From: Selaginella moellendorffii
Taxonomy: Eukaryota > Plantae > Lycopodiophyta
Length of the DNA: 39,467 bases
Assembly: GCF_000143415.4 (NCBI RefSeq)
Contig: NW_003314484.1
Location: 1 to 39,467, forward strand
Direction: 5' to 3'
A program made the position numbers and the translations under genes. The notes beneath the pieces are model-generated. The model ran no database searches and was not told the DNA's origin. It saw only the letters and a program-made list of their open reading frames with translations. This document shows positions 11,489 through 24,872 of the stretch, one piece after another. Each line of letters opens with the position of its first letter. Position 1 is the stretch's first letter.

Positions 11489-11500
11489 GCTCCGATACCA
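11489..11500 (-). promoter_or_regulatory. Primer-binding site, tRNA-iMet type (TGGTATCGGAGC)
   Basis: One mismatch from canonical TGGTATCAGAGC; 3 nt from the 5' LTR end. Confidence 0.9.
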
Positions 11501-11503
11501 AAT

Positions 11504-13245
11504 TGTAAGCGACTAATTTTTCCATTCTACTTTAGTCACTTAACCACACCTCCGACCACTTGGAGGAGTCTCATTCACAACCTCCATAAGTCCCATTCAG
11601 GACTTGGGGCTTGCTAGCCCCGAGAATGGCATCCATGCCACTCAACCTTTACACTTGGTCCAAGTGCTCCACGTGTCCGATCCCATGACCGACACCCAAA
11701 GGTACCACTGACATCTCGGCCCGTTACGCTAAGGCCATGCCCATTCACCTTTGCTGCGCAAATGGTCCAATACCACTTGCATCACCATCCCGTCTCTCCA
11801 AGACTGGGCTATCTGTCTATGAGGGGTCATCCTAGATCCACTCCTTAGCATCCTTAGGATGCCCACAGACCTGGGGAATCGCCTTCCCCAAAGTCCCTTT
11901 GTCAGTTCCTACCAAGTCCCTTTCTGCCCCTGGCCGTGTTTGCCAACACTGCCACTGGATCGAGGCCCACAGGCCCGACCACTAAGTCCCACGGTCCTCT
12001 GGGACTTCCTCACCACACGACTGTGTCCTTGGTCACTACCCCAGAGGACTGCTCCTCTTCCTTTCCACAGTCTGGGCCTTTGGGACGACATTTCGGAACA
12101 CCGTGGCCTTACGCAAGCCACCTGGGTACTCTCCCCACCTATCGCCTTTAGGTGCTCTAGCCATGGGCTTAGAGCGAGGTTCCGTTGAGCCACGCCTGGT
12201 ATCCAATTAGGTAGTGCCACCCACACTTGGACTGGGAGCATCGGCCAGTCGATCTCCCGGGGGAACTAGAGCCGGCTCTTGAACACTTCACCAAGCTACC
12301 CCGCTTGTCAGTCCATATTCACTCTAGTCTTGGACTTCCCAGTGGTCAGTTCATCACCCAACACTGGGTCTGGCCTTCCTGGGCCAAACTGGCCTTTCCT
12401 GGCCAAACTGGCTCCACTGTAGTCCTCCCCCTTACTATACTTTTGGAGCTCACCAAACCCCCCAGGGTCTGGGAGACGAACGCTTTGGGCTTTCACCCTC
12501 TCAGGCTCTGGACTCGGACTCGGACTCGGACTCGGACTTGGACTCGGACTCGGACTCGGATTCGGACTCGAACTCGGGCTCGGCCTTGGTCACGGCCTCG
12601 GCCTCGGTCTTGGTCTCGGTCCCGATCTCGGTCTCGGTCTCGGTCTCGGTCTCGACTTCGGACTCCATCTTGGACTGCATCTCGGACTCCATCTCGGACT
12701 CCATCTCGGACTCCATCTCGGACTGCATCTCGGGTCCATCTCGGACTCCATCTCGGGCTCCATCTCGGGTCCATCTCGGACTCCATCTCGGACTCCATTT
12801 CGGGTCCATCTCGGACTCCATCTCGGACTCCATTTTGGGTCCATCTCGGGTCCATCTCAGACTCCATCTCGGACTCCATCTCGGACTCCATCTCGGGTCC
12901 ATCTCGGACTCCATCTCAGACTCCATTTCGGGTCCATCTCGGGTCCATCTCGGACTCCACTTCGGACTCCAACTCGGGTCCACCTCGGACTCCACTTCGG
13001 ACTCCATCTCGGACACTCCCACGTGTCATGTGTTGGTCCTTTTGGGTCCCTTTTTGGAGCCTCACCTTTTGCTCGCTTCGTGCTCGTTCCTCGAGCACTT
13101 TGTTGAGAGTTCCACTCCCGCTCTTGACTTTTCAAGTCGGAGCTTTTTGTCCAAACGTGTTATGCTCGTTTGGCTCTCGCTTCGGCCACTACCATGTGGC
13201 GCCCTTCCGGCTCCACTTTGGGGCCTAGGGATTTTGTGTCTCACA
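11504..13245 (-). repeat. 5' LTR (1742 bp)
   Basis: TG...CA termini; adjacent to the PBS. Confidence 0.93.
12507..13013 (+). repeat. Intra-LTR minisatellite, 5' LTR copy
   Basis: Same units as 6670-7160 with a different unit count. Confidence 0.95.
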
Positions 13246-14082
13246 GGAAGTCCAAGACTAGAGTGAATACGAACCGACAAGCGGGGTAGCTTGGTGAAGT
13301 GTTCAAAAGCCGGCTCTAGTTCCCCCGGGAGATCAACTGGCCGATGCTCCCAGTCCAAGTGTGGGTGGCACTACCTACTTGGATACCAGGCGTGGCTCAA
13401 CGGAACCTCGCTCTAAGCCCATGGCTAAAGCACCTAAAGGCAGAAGGCGGGGAGAGTACCCATGGGGCTCGCGTAGGCCTATGGTGTTCCGAAATGTTGT
13501 CCTAGAGTCCCAAATGGGGGAAAGGAGGAAGAGTAGTCCTCTAGTGTAGTGACTAAGGATACAGTCATATGGTAAAGAAGTCCCGGAGGACCATGGGACT
13601 TAGTGGTCGGGTCTGTGGGCCTTGATCGAGTGGCAGTGTTGGCGAACATGGCCATAGACAGAAAACGGACTTGGTAGGAACTAACGAAGGGATATTGGGG
13701 AAGGCTATTCCCCATGTCTGTGGGCATCCTAAGGATGCTGAGGAGTGGATCTGGGATGACCACTCGTGGTCGGATGGCCCAGTCTTGGAGAGACGGGTTT
13801 GTGATGCAAGTGGTATTGGACCACTAGTGTGGCAAAGGTGAATAGGCATGGCCTTAGCATAACGGGCCGATATGTCAGTAGTACCTTTGGGTGTCGGTCT
13901 TGGGACCGGACACGTGGAGCACTTGGACTAAGTGCAAGGGATGAGTGGCATGGGTGCCATTCTCGGGGCTAGCAAGTCCCAAGTCCTGAATTGGACTTAA
14001 GGAAGTTGTGAATGAGACTCCTCCAAGTGGTCGAAAGTGTGGTTAAGTGACTAAAGTAGAATGGAAAAATTAGTCACTTACA
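13246..14082 (+). mobile_element. Right part of the older host LTR
   Basis: Diverged reverse complement of 11504-12339, ending ...TAGTCACTTACA; continues 5669 seamlessly once the insert is removed. Confidence 0.9.
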
Positions 14083-17000
14083 GAATGTTGTGGCTAACAC
14101 TTCATCAAAGTTTTATAGGACTTGTGCATGCACTTGCTCCAATGACCCCTAACAATGCTTTTTGTTTGACACAACATTATGAGACATTGCCTTTTCCACT
14201 TTTCGCTACACATCTTTTAGCTCCACTTTCTGTGGGAGATGGTTTTGTTTCAATGGAGGTTGATGTTACTGCTGCTCAGGTTTAAGGACAAAGGTGAGGA
14301 TGTGGTCATAGTTGTGATATTCACTACTAAGCATGTAATGAAATTGGTCACACTTATCAGTATTGTCAGCGTTTTCTGGATTGGTAGCTTCCATTCTTGG
14401 GTGGAGACCTTGGCACCAACAATGTCTTGTTAGTATTGTTGCAGTGAAAGGTCTAGACATTGAGATGCATCCAGGAAATGAGGATTCGTGCAAGTAATGT
14501 AGGGACCTTGCACGAATAAGTCAATGACCCCTCCATCTTTCTTTTGGAAGTATCATCAAAAGGTTCATTCGGCATCAGTTCATCTAGTGTTTGCTTTCCA
14601 AGTTTATTTTTATAACAAAAGGTCTTTTATTATTCTCTTTGTATTGATTTATACATGTTCAAGTTTATCTTCTATTACTCGAATTGTTGCCATATGTTAC
14701 CACCTATATTTATGTCATGCAGCAGAGTCAGTTTTTATTCTTTATGGCAACGGCCATACATATGCATATGCACGGGATGAAATGAACTTAGTTGTGTATA
14801 TAGGTGATCTTGAACTTGGACTGCAATCATTGCCAATGGTGCCGAGTTAAGCTTTTGACCTCATCCTTGGTATGGGCGCAATCATGCTAAATGTGACTTT
14901 GAGGCATCTTCCCCTTGTCTCATACTTCCTTATATTTTATCCATTCCTTTCACTTCGAAATATGTTTGTCCCTTTTCTTCTACTTCTACTTTCATTACTT
15001 TTGTCTCCCCATTATTTCCTTTTATGTTTCGGTTTTGTTCTGCTTTTCCCTTTTTCAATCCCTCGGTTGACAAGCTCATGAAGGAGTATACCAATCTCTT
15101 TGAGTTTCACCTATCGTCTGGGGCCAAGATTGCTATATGTCATCTGATTCCAACCAGGGATACTCATCCCATCAAAGTTTCTGTTCATCATCAATCACCC
15201 AAAGATATCAAGATTTTACATGCAAACGTCAAGGAGATGTTGGAAAAGGGTGTTATTCAAAAGTCACGTATTCATTTCTAAATCGATTATCATTCGTTAA
15301 ACAAAATGACGATTTTAGATGTGTAACCTCTTCCTCACCTATTGATTTCTTAGATCATCTTAAAAGAAGTTGTTAGTTCACTAAGTTAGATCTTGCTTCT
15401 AGGTACTAGCAAATACTAATGGGCGAAGAAGATATTCCTAAGAATACTTTTTATACACCATTTAGTTTGTATGAGATTTTGGTGATTCTGTTTGGTTTGA
15501 ACAATACTTTAGCATTTTTCCAACAAATGATGGATGGGGTTCTTTGTGATATGCTAAAGGTGATTACTTACTTCATTGGTGATGTTTTGATCCACTTGAA
15601 GGGGATGTGGGAGGAATATATGTTTGTAAAGTGTTAAATCAATTATGGGAAGTTGGTTCAAAGTTGAAGTGGTCGAACTGTGTATTTGACTCTAATGACA
15701 CAACTTATCTTGAGTACCGTATTTTTCGTGAGGGTTTGCAAGTTGATCCTGACAAGCTTGTGGCTGTTTTAATGTTCCCTACTCCAAAGTGTGTAAATGA
15801 TATGTAGTGCTTCCTAGGTAAAGTGTAGTATCTCAGTTATTTTGGGGATCATCTTTTTTATCACATTGCACTGTTGCAAGTGCTATCGAAGTCATCAACA
15901 TCATCTTTCATCTAGTCTGTGGATTGTGAGTAGACATTCATGGATTTCAAAAAGCTATTGACGACTCTTCCGGTTTTGGCGTATCCTAACTACACTCGAC
16001 CTTTCATTTTTCACATAAATACTTCTGATATTGGTCTTGGAGGTGTATTGATGCAAAAGAGCCTGAGTGTGTTTGGTTAGCGCCATCCCATTGCATATAT
16101 AAGTCATATATTACAACCAGCAGAAGAAAACTACTTCACGACAGAGAAAGAATATTTAGTAACAATCTGGGGTTTTGAAAAACTTCACGCATATCTACAT
16201 GGTTCTTGGAAATTATTGGAAGGTGATTATGCTACCATTACTTCATTATTGAAATGAAAAAACCTTATTGGTCATATGACTCGGTGGGCTTTGAAGCTTT
16301 AGATATATAATTTTAATAATGTTCATCACCCAGGGAGTTCTATAGCTGATGCTAATGCCTTTTCTCAAGCTCCTCTTCCTTATTTGCCCTTTTTTCATGT
16401 TTCAAACGAGTGTGTTGTTCTAGCATCTGTGGATTTTCTAGACAAGGATTCTGTGTTGTTAGCAGTTGTTGTATTTAATGTTCAATGTCCACAAGGTGTA
16501 AAACAGAATTTACCTTCTCTTGATGAGGTTTGTGAAGCTCAAAAGATTGAGTCATAGATTTGAAGGCTTCGTAATGGGTTTAAAATTTTTACATCACTTG
16601 CTGATGACTTGCCATTCCAGCATTTACTTTTTTAATATTATTTTGGAAACAACCTTCTTTATTTTATGGGTACAAATCCTTATGATCATTTATAGTTGAT
16701 AGTGCCTTCAATCTTTATTTCATGCTTCCTCCATGCCTACCATGATTCTCTTATTCTAGGCGGGCATATGGGACATCGTCATGTGACCAAAAAGCTATGT
16801 AAGTGTTTTTATTAGCCCGAGATGCAACGTGATTTTATTCATTATGTGCATAACTGTGTTTGGTGCTAATCTCATAATATTACCCCTTGTGCTGCAAAAG
16901 GATAGTTGGAGTCAATTGTAGTTTCCCATCCTTTTGAGTTGGTGGCATTTGATCTTATGGGACTTTCTCCATGATTGACTGCTCGTAATGAGTATGTTAT

Positions 17001-17101
17001 TATTACTTTTGACTGCTTTACTTATTGGGTGGAAGTTGGTGCTTTGGGCTAATTGATATGCATATTTTTTGTATTCCTTTTTCATATTCCATGCACTCAC
17101 A
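14083..17101 (+). mobile_element. Decayed Ty3/gypsy element (gag Zn-knuckle, PR, RT, RNaseH, N-terminal IN) with a deletion into its 3' LTR
   Basis: CNEIGHTYQYC-like knuckle, DLILGM, EMLEKGVIQ, EDIPKNTFYTPF..FGLNN..FQQMMD, VDPDK, PVLAYPNYTRPF, GGHMG; many stops. 17046-17101 matches the end of the LTR at 29497-29795. Confidence 0.88.
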
Positions 17102-18735
17102 CACAAATAATTATTCCTTTAATTACAGACTTATTATTTTTCTCCTTTTTTATGATCATCTTTTAAAGTGCTATCTATAACACCTAAAATATATATAAAT
17201 AATAATATTATATAAAACTTTAAAAATAAATTACCTACTTTTTTCATCATCTTCATCATCATATGAGATTATATCATTCAAGGTAGCATATTTATCACCT
17301 TAAAATTATAAGTATTAACAATATATGTATAATTATTTATTATTAGCTATATATATATTTCTCTTTCTCTCTAATAAGTTATTAATTATTTTTGTTTTAT
17401 TTCTAATCTAGATGTAATATAATATAAATAATTAAGTATATAGTAACTTAAAAATTAATGTTGCTTACATCATTATTTATTATATAGTTAGCAATATAAT
17501 AATAATATTAAATAATATTTCTCTAAATTATAAATAAATTATAAGAAAATATGTCTCTGATATATTATTTTTTAATTATAGTTAATCACTTGGATCCCTT
17601 GGAAATGATGAACTTGAAAAGATTACACAATAGCTAGTGCAAAATTAGTTTTATAATCTTGTAGTAGAGTAACTAATAGAGCAACAATAGTATGCATAGC
17701 AGTTTTAGTTTACTTTAGAAAATATAGTGTAAAGCATATACCTAAAATATTTAATATATAATAAAATATTCCTTATTCTAAGGGTTATAATTTCTTGCTG
17801 TTAAACTTTTCTATAATTCATTTTTATCAAGATTTAATTCTAATATTCTTGGGGGATGAGAAGGGGGGTCTAGCTTCCTATTGGGTGTGTCTATCTTTAT
17901 TTTACATTTGGCTTAGGTCTAAGCTTAAGATCCATACCATGTTAGCTAGTGGAGTATTTATATCCTCGGGCTAGACCATTAATATGTTGAAATAATGCTT
18001 TAGCTTTGTTTTACATGTTTGTTTTAATGTTGGGATGTTAAAATTTTTAAGACTATTTTTGTGTTGTTTTGTGCTCCTGTTTCATCACTCCTTAGTTGCA
18101 TATTCAAGAGTTGTTCCATACTTTTATTTCTTTGTTCATTAGACATATGCTTAGGAGTTTGATTCTATCATTTTGTTTAGTGGCCTAAGGCCCTAAAACT
18201 TAGGTGTTGCCCTTAGCACACATATCTCAAAAGTTAGGTCTATTCCATGTTTTTCCGATAATAATTAAAATGTGAAAATCATGATTTTGTCTTAAGCATA
18301 TACTAGAAGATAAAGATGATTTTATCTTGAAGCATATGCTAAAAGATAACCATGCAAAGTAAAAGAGGATCCATGACAATCAAAAGGTGGTAATATACCC
18401 ATACAAGCAATAACTTGATAGATATAAAGGAATTCAAAGTGCTCAACCATATGTTGTGTGGCATCAGAATTAATAATAAGAGTAAAAAACAACTAATAGT
18501 TAATAAAGCACCAGTAACATGAGTATGATTGTGTTGAAAATCCTTAGTTAAAAATAAAATAGGAGAAGATGAGTCATCAATAGTAGTATATGTCTATTGT
18601 TGTTATCTATTAGAACTAGTAGCAATATAAGCTTCAGGGACTTGCCATGGATGAGGAATAACATGAGAAATTGAATAAGTATTATTTAGACGTTGACAAA
18701 AAAATTAGGAAATATGGCCAAAATGATTTTAAATA

Positions 18736-19078
18736 TATAGTAGGGATGGGCGTGGTTGACCAACCTGAAACATCATCTAACTTCTTATTAGGCATGTTTA
18801 TTTTTGTTTTATGTTTGGCTTAAGTTTAAGCCCAAACTTTGTACTATATTAGCTGGTGGAATATCTTTATGTTAGGCCACCATTATGCTAAAATAGTCCT
18901 TTAGCTCCATTTTATGTGATAGTTTTGATATTGGAATGCTAAAAGCTCTATTCCTTATTCCTTATTTGTTCTTATTCCTTTGTTCATTAGCTTTATATAT
19001 ACTCAAGAGTTTTGTTCATCCCTTTGTTTAGTGGCCAAGGCCCTAAAACTTAGGTGCCACTCTATTGCCATTAGCACA
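18736..19078 (+). repeat. Old solo-LTR-like repeat (relatives at ~17905-18220, 23242-23667 inverted, and in the duplicated segment)
   Basis: Shared blocks TTAGTGGCC(T)AAGGCCCTAAAACTTAGGTG and TAGCTRGTGGA; termini T(G/A)TAGTAGGGA...AGCACA. Confidence 0.55.
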
Positions 19079-19769
19079 TATATATAAGCTTTTAAATTTG
19101 GATTTCTCATAATGTCAATAACCCCAATACTATTTAAACTTAAGAACACTTAACCCTAATATTTTAAAACCCTTAACTGATTAAAAAAAAGGGGTGCACT
19201 TTTATTTATCCCTTTATATTTGAACTCTATAGATCAATGTCTCAAATCATTCCCTTTGGTTGTTTATAATTCATTATGTTTCTCTATACAGTTGCAACTC
19301 TTTTGACACTGTACAAGTCAAGCCCAACTGGAATAAATTAGACTTGCCAAATGTTAATCTCAACACATGGTATGATTCCTCTAGCTAACTAAACGTCAAA
19401 CCCGAGACCCTTTTAATACCAAATGTAAGCTCCTAAATTTAAATTTTTTGGGAGGTCACCCAATTTAATTTATTCAAACCCAAGAACACTTAACCCCAAG
19501 TATTCCAAGACCTCTAACTAATTAAAAAAAATGTTGCACTTTTATTTATAGGCCTTTCCCCTTATATTTGAACCTCATATATCATCTCTCGAATCAATTA
19601 GAAACTAACACACGAATCAATTAGAAACTAACTTGAGACCTTCAATCCCCAAGAAGGCTCATGCAAGTGGTCGTGAGTAAGGATAAACTTGATATTACTA
19701 GAATACTCCAAGTTGTGAGAAAATAGATGTGCACTGGTGATAAACTGGAATACAATAGAGAAGTGCTAA

Positions 19770-22300
19770 CTTTCCCCCTTAACTACTCTTACATGGTGGC
19801 AACTACCATTTCTTCATGAGTCATGACTGTCAATTACAGAGCTTTACACTTTCTTTAGAGAGTTGGTCATTGATGTATTGTGTTTCCACGCATACNNNNN
19901 NNNNNNNNNNNNNNNNNNNNNNNNNNNNNNNNNNNNNNNNNNNNNNNNNNNNNNNNNNNNNNNNNNNNNNNNNNNNNNNNNNNNNNNNNNNNNNNTAGAG
20001 TTAGGATTTTGCTCTTTGCAATGGAGTGTCAAGTTTGAGTCCCTGTGGTAACTTTCTTGAGTTTTTTCTTTGTCGGTGTGGTAGTGTTGGAGAAGCTTGC
20101 TTTGTGTTGGTGTTTGGCAAGTTTATTGATGAGTCTTAAAAGATTCATTAGTCTCTAAGTCTTGTTTTTTGTTAAAGTTCTTCAAGTTGTTATTTTTCTT
20201 CATGTTGTTTTCTTAAGCTTGATTTTTCTTGGATTTTTGAATTTGAGCTTTATATTTTTTGATTGTGTTAAGTTTTTGAGCTTGAACTTTGTAAATCTTA
20301 AATATGTTGATATCTTGAGTTTGAGTTTTCATAGTCTTGATCTCTTGATCTTCATGCCTGTAGTTCTTCTTGATGTTTCGTTCTCGATCTTTAAAATTGA
20401 AAACCTTCATTTCTTTCAATGTTGTTTTTGATGATGTTTGAGTCGTATGATTAATATTTCTTGAGCTTGTTAAGGTTGACAGTTTGGAGATGCTCACCAT
20501 TGAATGTTACAATTGTTGCCATTCCTGAAGCTTTAAAGTTTTGGATGAGGAATGGTACTTCCCATCTTGAATTCACTCTCAAGCTAATTTTTTCAATATT
20601 TCTTAGAAACCAGAGTACTTGATCATTGATCTTGAATTCTTTATTTTTCTTTAATCTTCTCTTTTTGTTATGGTTGGGTTTTCTTCAAGCTTGAATGGCT
20701 TCGAGTGTCCAAATTGCTTATAGTCTTTCTTCGTTAAGTTTTTTTAGTGTTACTAATCTTTTCTTAATTAATTTTTCTTGGTTGATCTTGCAGTGTATTG
20801 CCATTCGCAATGAAGAAACAATGTACTTCAATGGTGTCAGGGCTTCTAAGCCATAAGCAAGCTTGAATAGTGTCAAATTTGTTGAAACCTTGTATGTTGT
20901 TCAATATACCCATAGGGCATTGTAAATGTGATTGTCCCAATCTTTCTAATTTGTTTTCATTATTTTGTTGAGGATGTTCTTAAGTGTCTTATTTATCAAC
21001 TCTGCTTAACTGTTGCCTTGAGGGTAATATGGTGTTAAAGTCTTATGTTTGTTTCGCTTAAAGCTTGNNNNNNNNNNNNNNNNNNNNNNNNNNNNNNNNN
21101 NNNNNNNNNNNNNNNNNNNNNNNNNNNNNNNNNNNNNNNNNNNNNNNNNNNNNNNNNNNNNNNNNNNNNNNNNNNNNNNNNNNNNNNNAAGTTATGCCAA
21201 AGTGTTAGCCACTAGAGTCCTGCTTGCAAAATCTTATGAGCTGTGATTTCTTCTGTGAAGTGGCCTCTTGCTTGTCCACAGTGGGCTTCTTCAAATAAAT
21301 CTTGAGTTCTTCAAATTGTACACATCTTCATAGAACATTGTCTTATCCTTTTTTTGTACAATCTTCCTCCCACAACTGAATATGGTCTTGTCCTTAAGAC
21401 AAATTATTTATGGTGATTAGAGATGGAGTATCGACTTAGTATTATTGTTGTTATGAGGTAGTAGTAGATGTCATTCGTCCATGTTGATGATGTGTGGATG
21501 CAAAGTATGTTGGAGTCAAGAAAGTCATCCATGTTGTATTTTAGTTGTTCACTAGTTATAAGGTTGGCTTATACATGTTGTTTGCCAGGTTTGTGAATAA
21601 TCTCGAAGTTATATTCTTGAAGTAATAAGAACTATCAGGCAATTCTACGGATGAAGATGGTCTTGTTGAGGAGGTGTAAAAGTGCTTTGTGGTCAACCAT
21701 GCTCTTGACTTTAGTGCCGAGTAGGTAGTGTCGAAACTTTTATAGTGCATAGACCATTCCTAAAACTTCTTTTTCAATGGTGGTGTAGTTCATCTCAGCT
21801 GAGTTGAGTCTTCGGCTCGTATAGTAGATTGGTCGGTCTTTGAGGTCTTGTTGTGAGAAAGTATTGCTCTGATGGCATAATTAGAGGCATCAATGTGTAT
21901 TGAAGTTTTTGTCCTAGTTTGGTTGGGCGAGTATTAGAGCCCTTATTAAGGAATTCTTGAGCATGTCGAATGCTTGTTGGCAATCTTGAGTCCAGTTGTA
22001 GACGTGATTTTTCTTCAAAAGATCTATAAAGGGTTTTGCAATCTTCACATAATCTTTGATGAAGCGTTGATGGTATCTCATTTTGCCGAGGAAGGATCGT
22101 AGTCTAGTGGTGTTTGTTGGGTGTTGCATATTGATGATGGCAAGAGTCTTAGCTTTGTCAATGAGGATGCCTTTTTTGCAGATGATGTGTCCAAGTAGGA
22201 TGCCAGATTTGACGAAGAAGGTAGATTTGTCAGGGTTTAAGGTGATGTTATTCTCTTGACATTTGATGAAGCATTTCTCAAGATGTTGGGGATGTTATTT
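19770..22300 (-). mobile_element. Second decayed Ty3/gypsy pol fragment (RT, RNaseH, IN with GPF-type C-terminus)
   Basis: LRSFLG..YHQRFIKDYVKIAKP..LLKK...NWTQDCQQAFDMLK..LI.A.IL..PN; YYPQGN; W(E)GPF...TVNLNKLKKY; PPT-like AAGGGGGAAAG near 19770-19780. Confidence 0.85.
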
Positions 22301-22309
22301 TTTGTTATG

Positions 22310-24746
22310 TTAAACTACTTGATTCATTGGGTGGAAGCCAGTGCTTTTGCTAGTGCATTTGTGACTATTGTTAAATACTTCTTCCAAAATTGAGTGGTAT
22401 TCTAGAATTCATGTCTATAGTAGATCTCTAATGTACATTATCATGTGACTAAGAAGCTACACATGTCTTTTTATTAGTCAAAGATGTGATATGATATTAT
22501 TTGATATATATATATAGCTATGTTTAATGCCAAACTCATAATACTCTTCATGTTACAGAAGGACAATTGGAGTTAATTGTAATTTCCCATCCATTTAAGT
22601 TGGTGATGTTGATTTGATAGGGCCTTTTTCCATAGTCAATTCATGGCAATGAATATATCATTATTGCCTCTAACTACTTGATTCATTGGGTGGAAGCTAG
22701 TGCTTTTGTTAGTGCATTTGTGACTATTGTTAAATACTTCTTCCAAAATTGAGTGGTATTCTAGCATTCATGTTTATAGTAGATTCTCTCAAATAAAGTC
22801 TCATATTTATAGTTAAGATATTTCACATTTTAATGTCTTAGGTAAGGATACACAACACTTTCACAAGTGCTTATCATTTATGAACCAATGGTTTGGTATA
22901 ATAGCTTATTCAGACTTTCAAAAGGATGATTAGGATTTAAATTGGGATGATTATTTGCCACTTCTTTAGTATACATATGGCATAGGGGTACAAAGTTTCA
23001 TTAGTGCTTCACCATATGAACTTATATATGGTCATGATTTGATATTATCAATGGAGTTGAATTCACCTTTACAATTGCTATGAACTACCAATGCTAAGTC
23101 TTAGAATTAGTGTTTAACGAGCATTTTTCCACTAATTCAAGTAGCATTTATTAAACATTTAGTATAGCACACATGGTTTTCACCCTTTATTCTATAGTGA
23201 TTTATTATAGAATAACTATGAAGCAGAACCTAAATTTTTTATATGCCACATGTCCAAGGACAGCGGAGTGGAACCCGAGTTTTAGGGCCTTAAGCCATTA
23301 AACAAAGGAATGGAATCAAACTCCCAAGCTTGCAGCTAAGGAACGAAGGAACTAGAGTATAGAGTGACTCTTGAACATTTAGCCCAAGAAGCAAAAGAAT
23401 AGAAGCATGAAGTGACATAAGAATAGTCCTAGAGCATCAAATATCCTAATGCCAAGATTAACACACAAAACGAAGCTAAACAGAGCCAAATAAAATTTAG
23501 TGCTATTTTATCAGTGGCTTAACACAAGGATATGGGTACTCCACTAGCTAGTATGGTATAGAACTTGGGTTAAACCGAATGCAAAACAAAAATAAGTATG
23601 CAAACAGAAGCTAGAGTATGCCTTAGGTTAATTGGCCATGCCTGACATACCCACAATCCCTACTACACATTTGAACTTCGGAAAACATGCTTTAAGTTAT
23701 CACCCTTAATACCAAGAGTTAGTATTTGGAATAAGATTGAAATTTATTTAGTGAATATTAAAGAACCAAGCTCAATATAATGGGGGTTACATATGAGCTT
23801 CTCATACTGAGTCGAGTATGCTCAGCAAGAAACATATAAGAGTTCCTATATTATGTTTATCTAGTATAAGTACATACATGATGACTAGTTTCTCAATTAG
23901 CTTGGGTGGAGATTGATAAAGAGTTTAGCAATACCAACCTCTTGCTATCGTGGCAGTAAAGAAAAAATATCTGAAATGACTCATTCATAGGTAATTTTCG
24001 ATACCTACAATCATATTCCCAACACTTGAGTTGCATGCAAATGGGATAACAATGGTGTTACAACTCCCATTATTGTTAACCTATAGAGTATAAAGCAGAT
24101 GACCTTATGTTAATTAATCTTCCCAATCTTATAGTGTATAGTTTGTCTAAACAGCTCCTTACTTATTGGAAGAGACTGTATTAAATATTGTGGTAAGTTG
24201 GATGTAATCTCTTGAATTTATACTTCTCGGGAAGTCACTTAACTCAGTATTATTCAAAATATTTCAAGACCCTTAATCAATTAAAAGAAAGGGTGCACTT
24301 TTATTCATGGGCCCTTTCCTCCTATATTTAAACCTTTATGGATTATCTCTCAAATCATCCTTTTTATATTGGACCACAAGTATATGAAGTTTGGCATAAC
24401 ATTCAATAGGTTAATCTTCTAAAAATTGTGCATATAAAATAGCTGAAATACTTCATACAAAAGGATCATAAATAACTAGCATCTATAGATCCACTAGTTC
24501 CTCCACCTAATATTCCTTCAAATCCCTATCAACCAGACAATTATAACTACTTTCCTTCCTTCCAAAAGGAGAGGATGATATAAGGTTCAAGTGTATGGTT
24601 ACAATGCCATTTATATTATTACCGTAATGGGATTTTGATAGCCATTGAATTGGTTTCAATTTAGATCACTAATAATTGAATATACATATTTAGCTAATTG
24701 AATATGCATATTTTTATATTTTATGTCCATATTTCATGCACTTACA
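22310..24746 (+). mobile_element. Integrase-region and 3' end remnant of a gypsy element related to 14083-17101, with PPT and short 3' LTR (24579-24746)
   Basis: DLIGPF..HGNEYII...YLIHWVEA; ~115-bp local duplication 22313-22425 / 22672-22785. AAAAGGAGAGGATGA precedes a 168-bp sequence ending CACTTACA that is homologous to the LTR at 29497. Confidence 0.7.
23242..23667 (-). repeat. Solo-LTR-like repeat, inverted relative to 18736-19078
   Basis: Begins TGTAGTAGGGA on the minus strand; shares GGCCCTAAAACT and TAGCTAGTGGAGT blocks. Confidence 0.55.
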
Positions 24747-24872
24747 GATTTTCTTTTTATTTTGCTTTACAGAGTAAAGTCATATACCTAGATATCTAAA
24801 TATATTCTTGGATATTCTCTAATCTAAGGGCTCTTAAACTTTCTCTAATTAACTTGTAATCAGTGTCAAAGT

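Larger units (their letters stand above)
5670..13245 (-). mobile_element. Structurally complete, apparently non-autonomous LTR retrotransposon (7576 bp, LARD-like)
   Basis: LTRs 5670-7391 and 11504-13245 (TGTAAGCG...TCTCACA on +). 5-bp TSD GGAAG at 5665-5669 and 13246-13250. PBS at 11489-11500 and PPT at 7392-7403 on the minus strand. The 4.1-kb interior has no ORF over ~105 aa and no RT/IN motifs I could recognise. Confidence 0.93.
14083..21537 (+). repeat. Segmental duplication copy 1 (partner 30537-38292)
   Basis: Collinear high identity over ~7.5 kb, apart from 17046-17240 vs 33806-34120 and two MITEs in copy 2. Confidence 0.92.

Noticed and set aside
20162-20500. Hydrophobic or Lys-rich ORFs (also 37237-37482) as an env-like or membrane protein
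   Set aside because: Low-complexity T-rich strand of the gypsy 3' region; no supportable homology.
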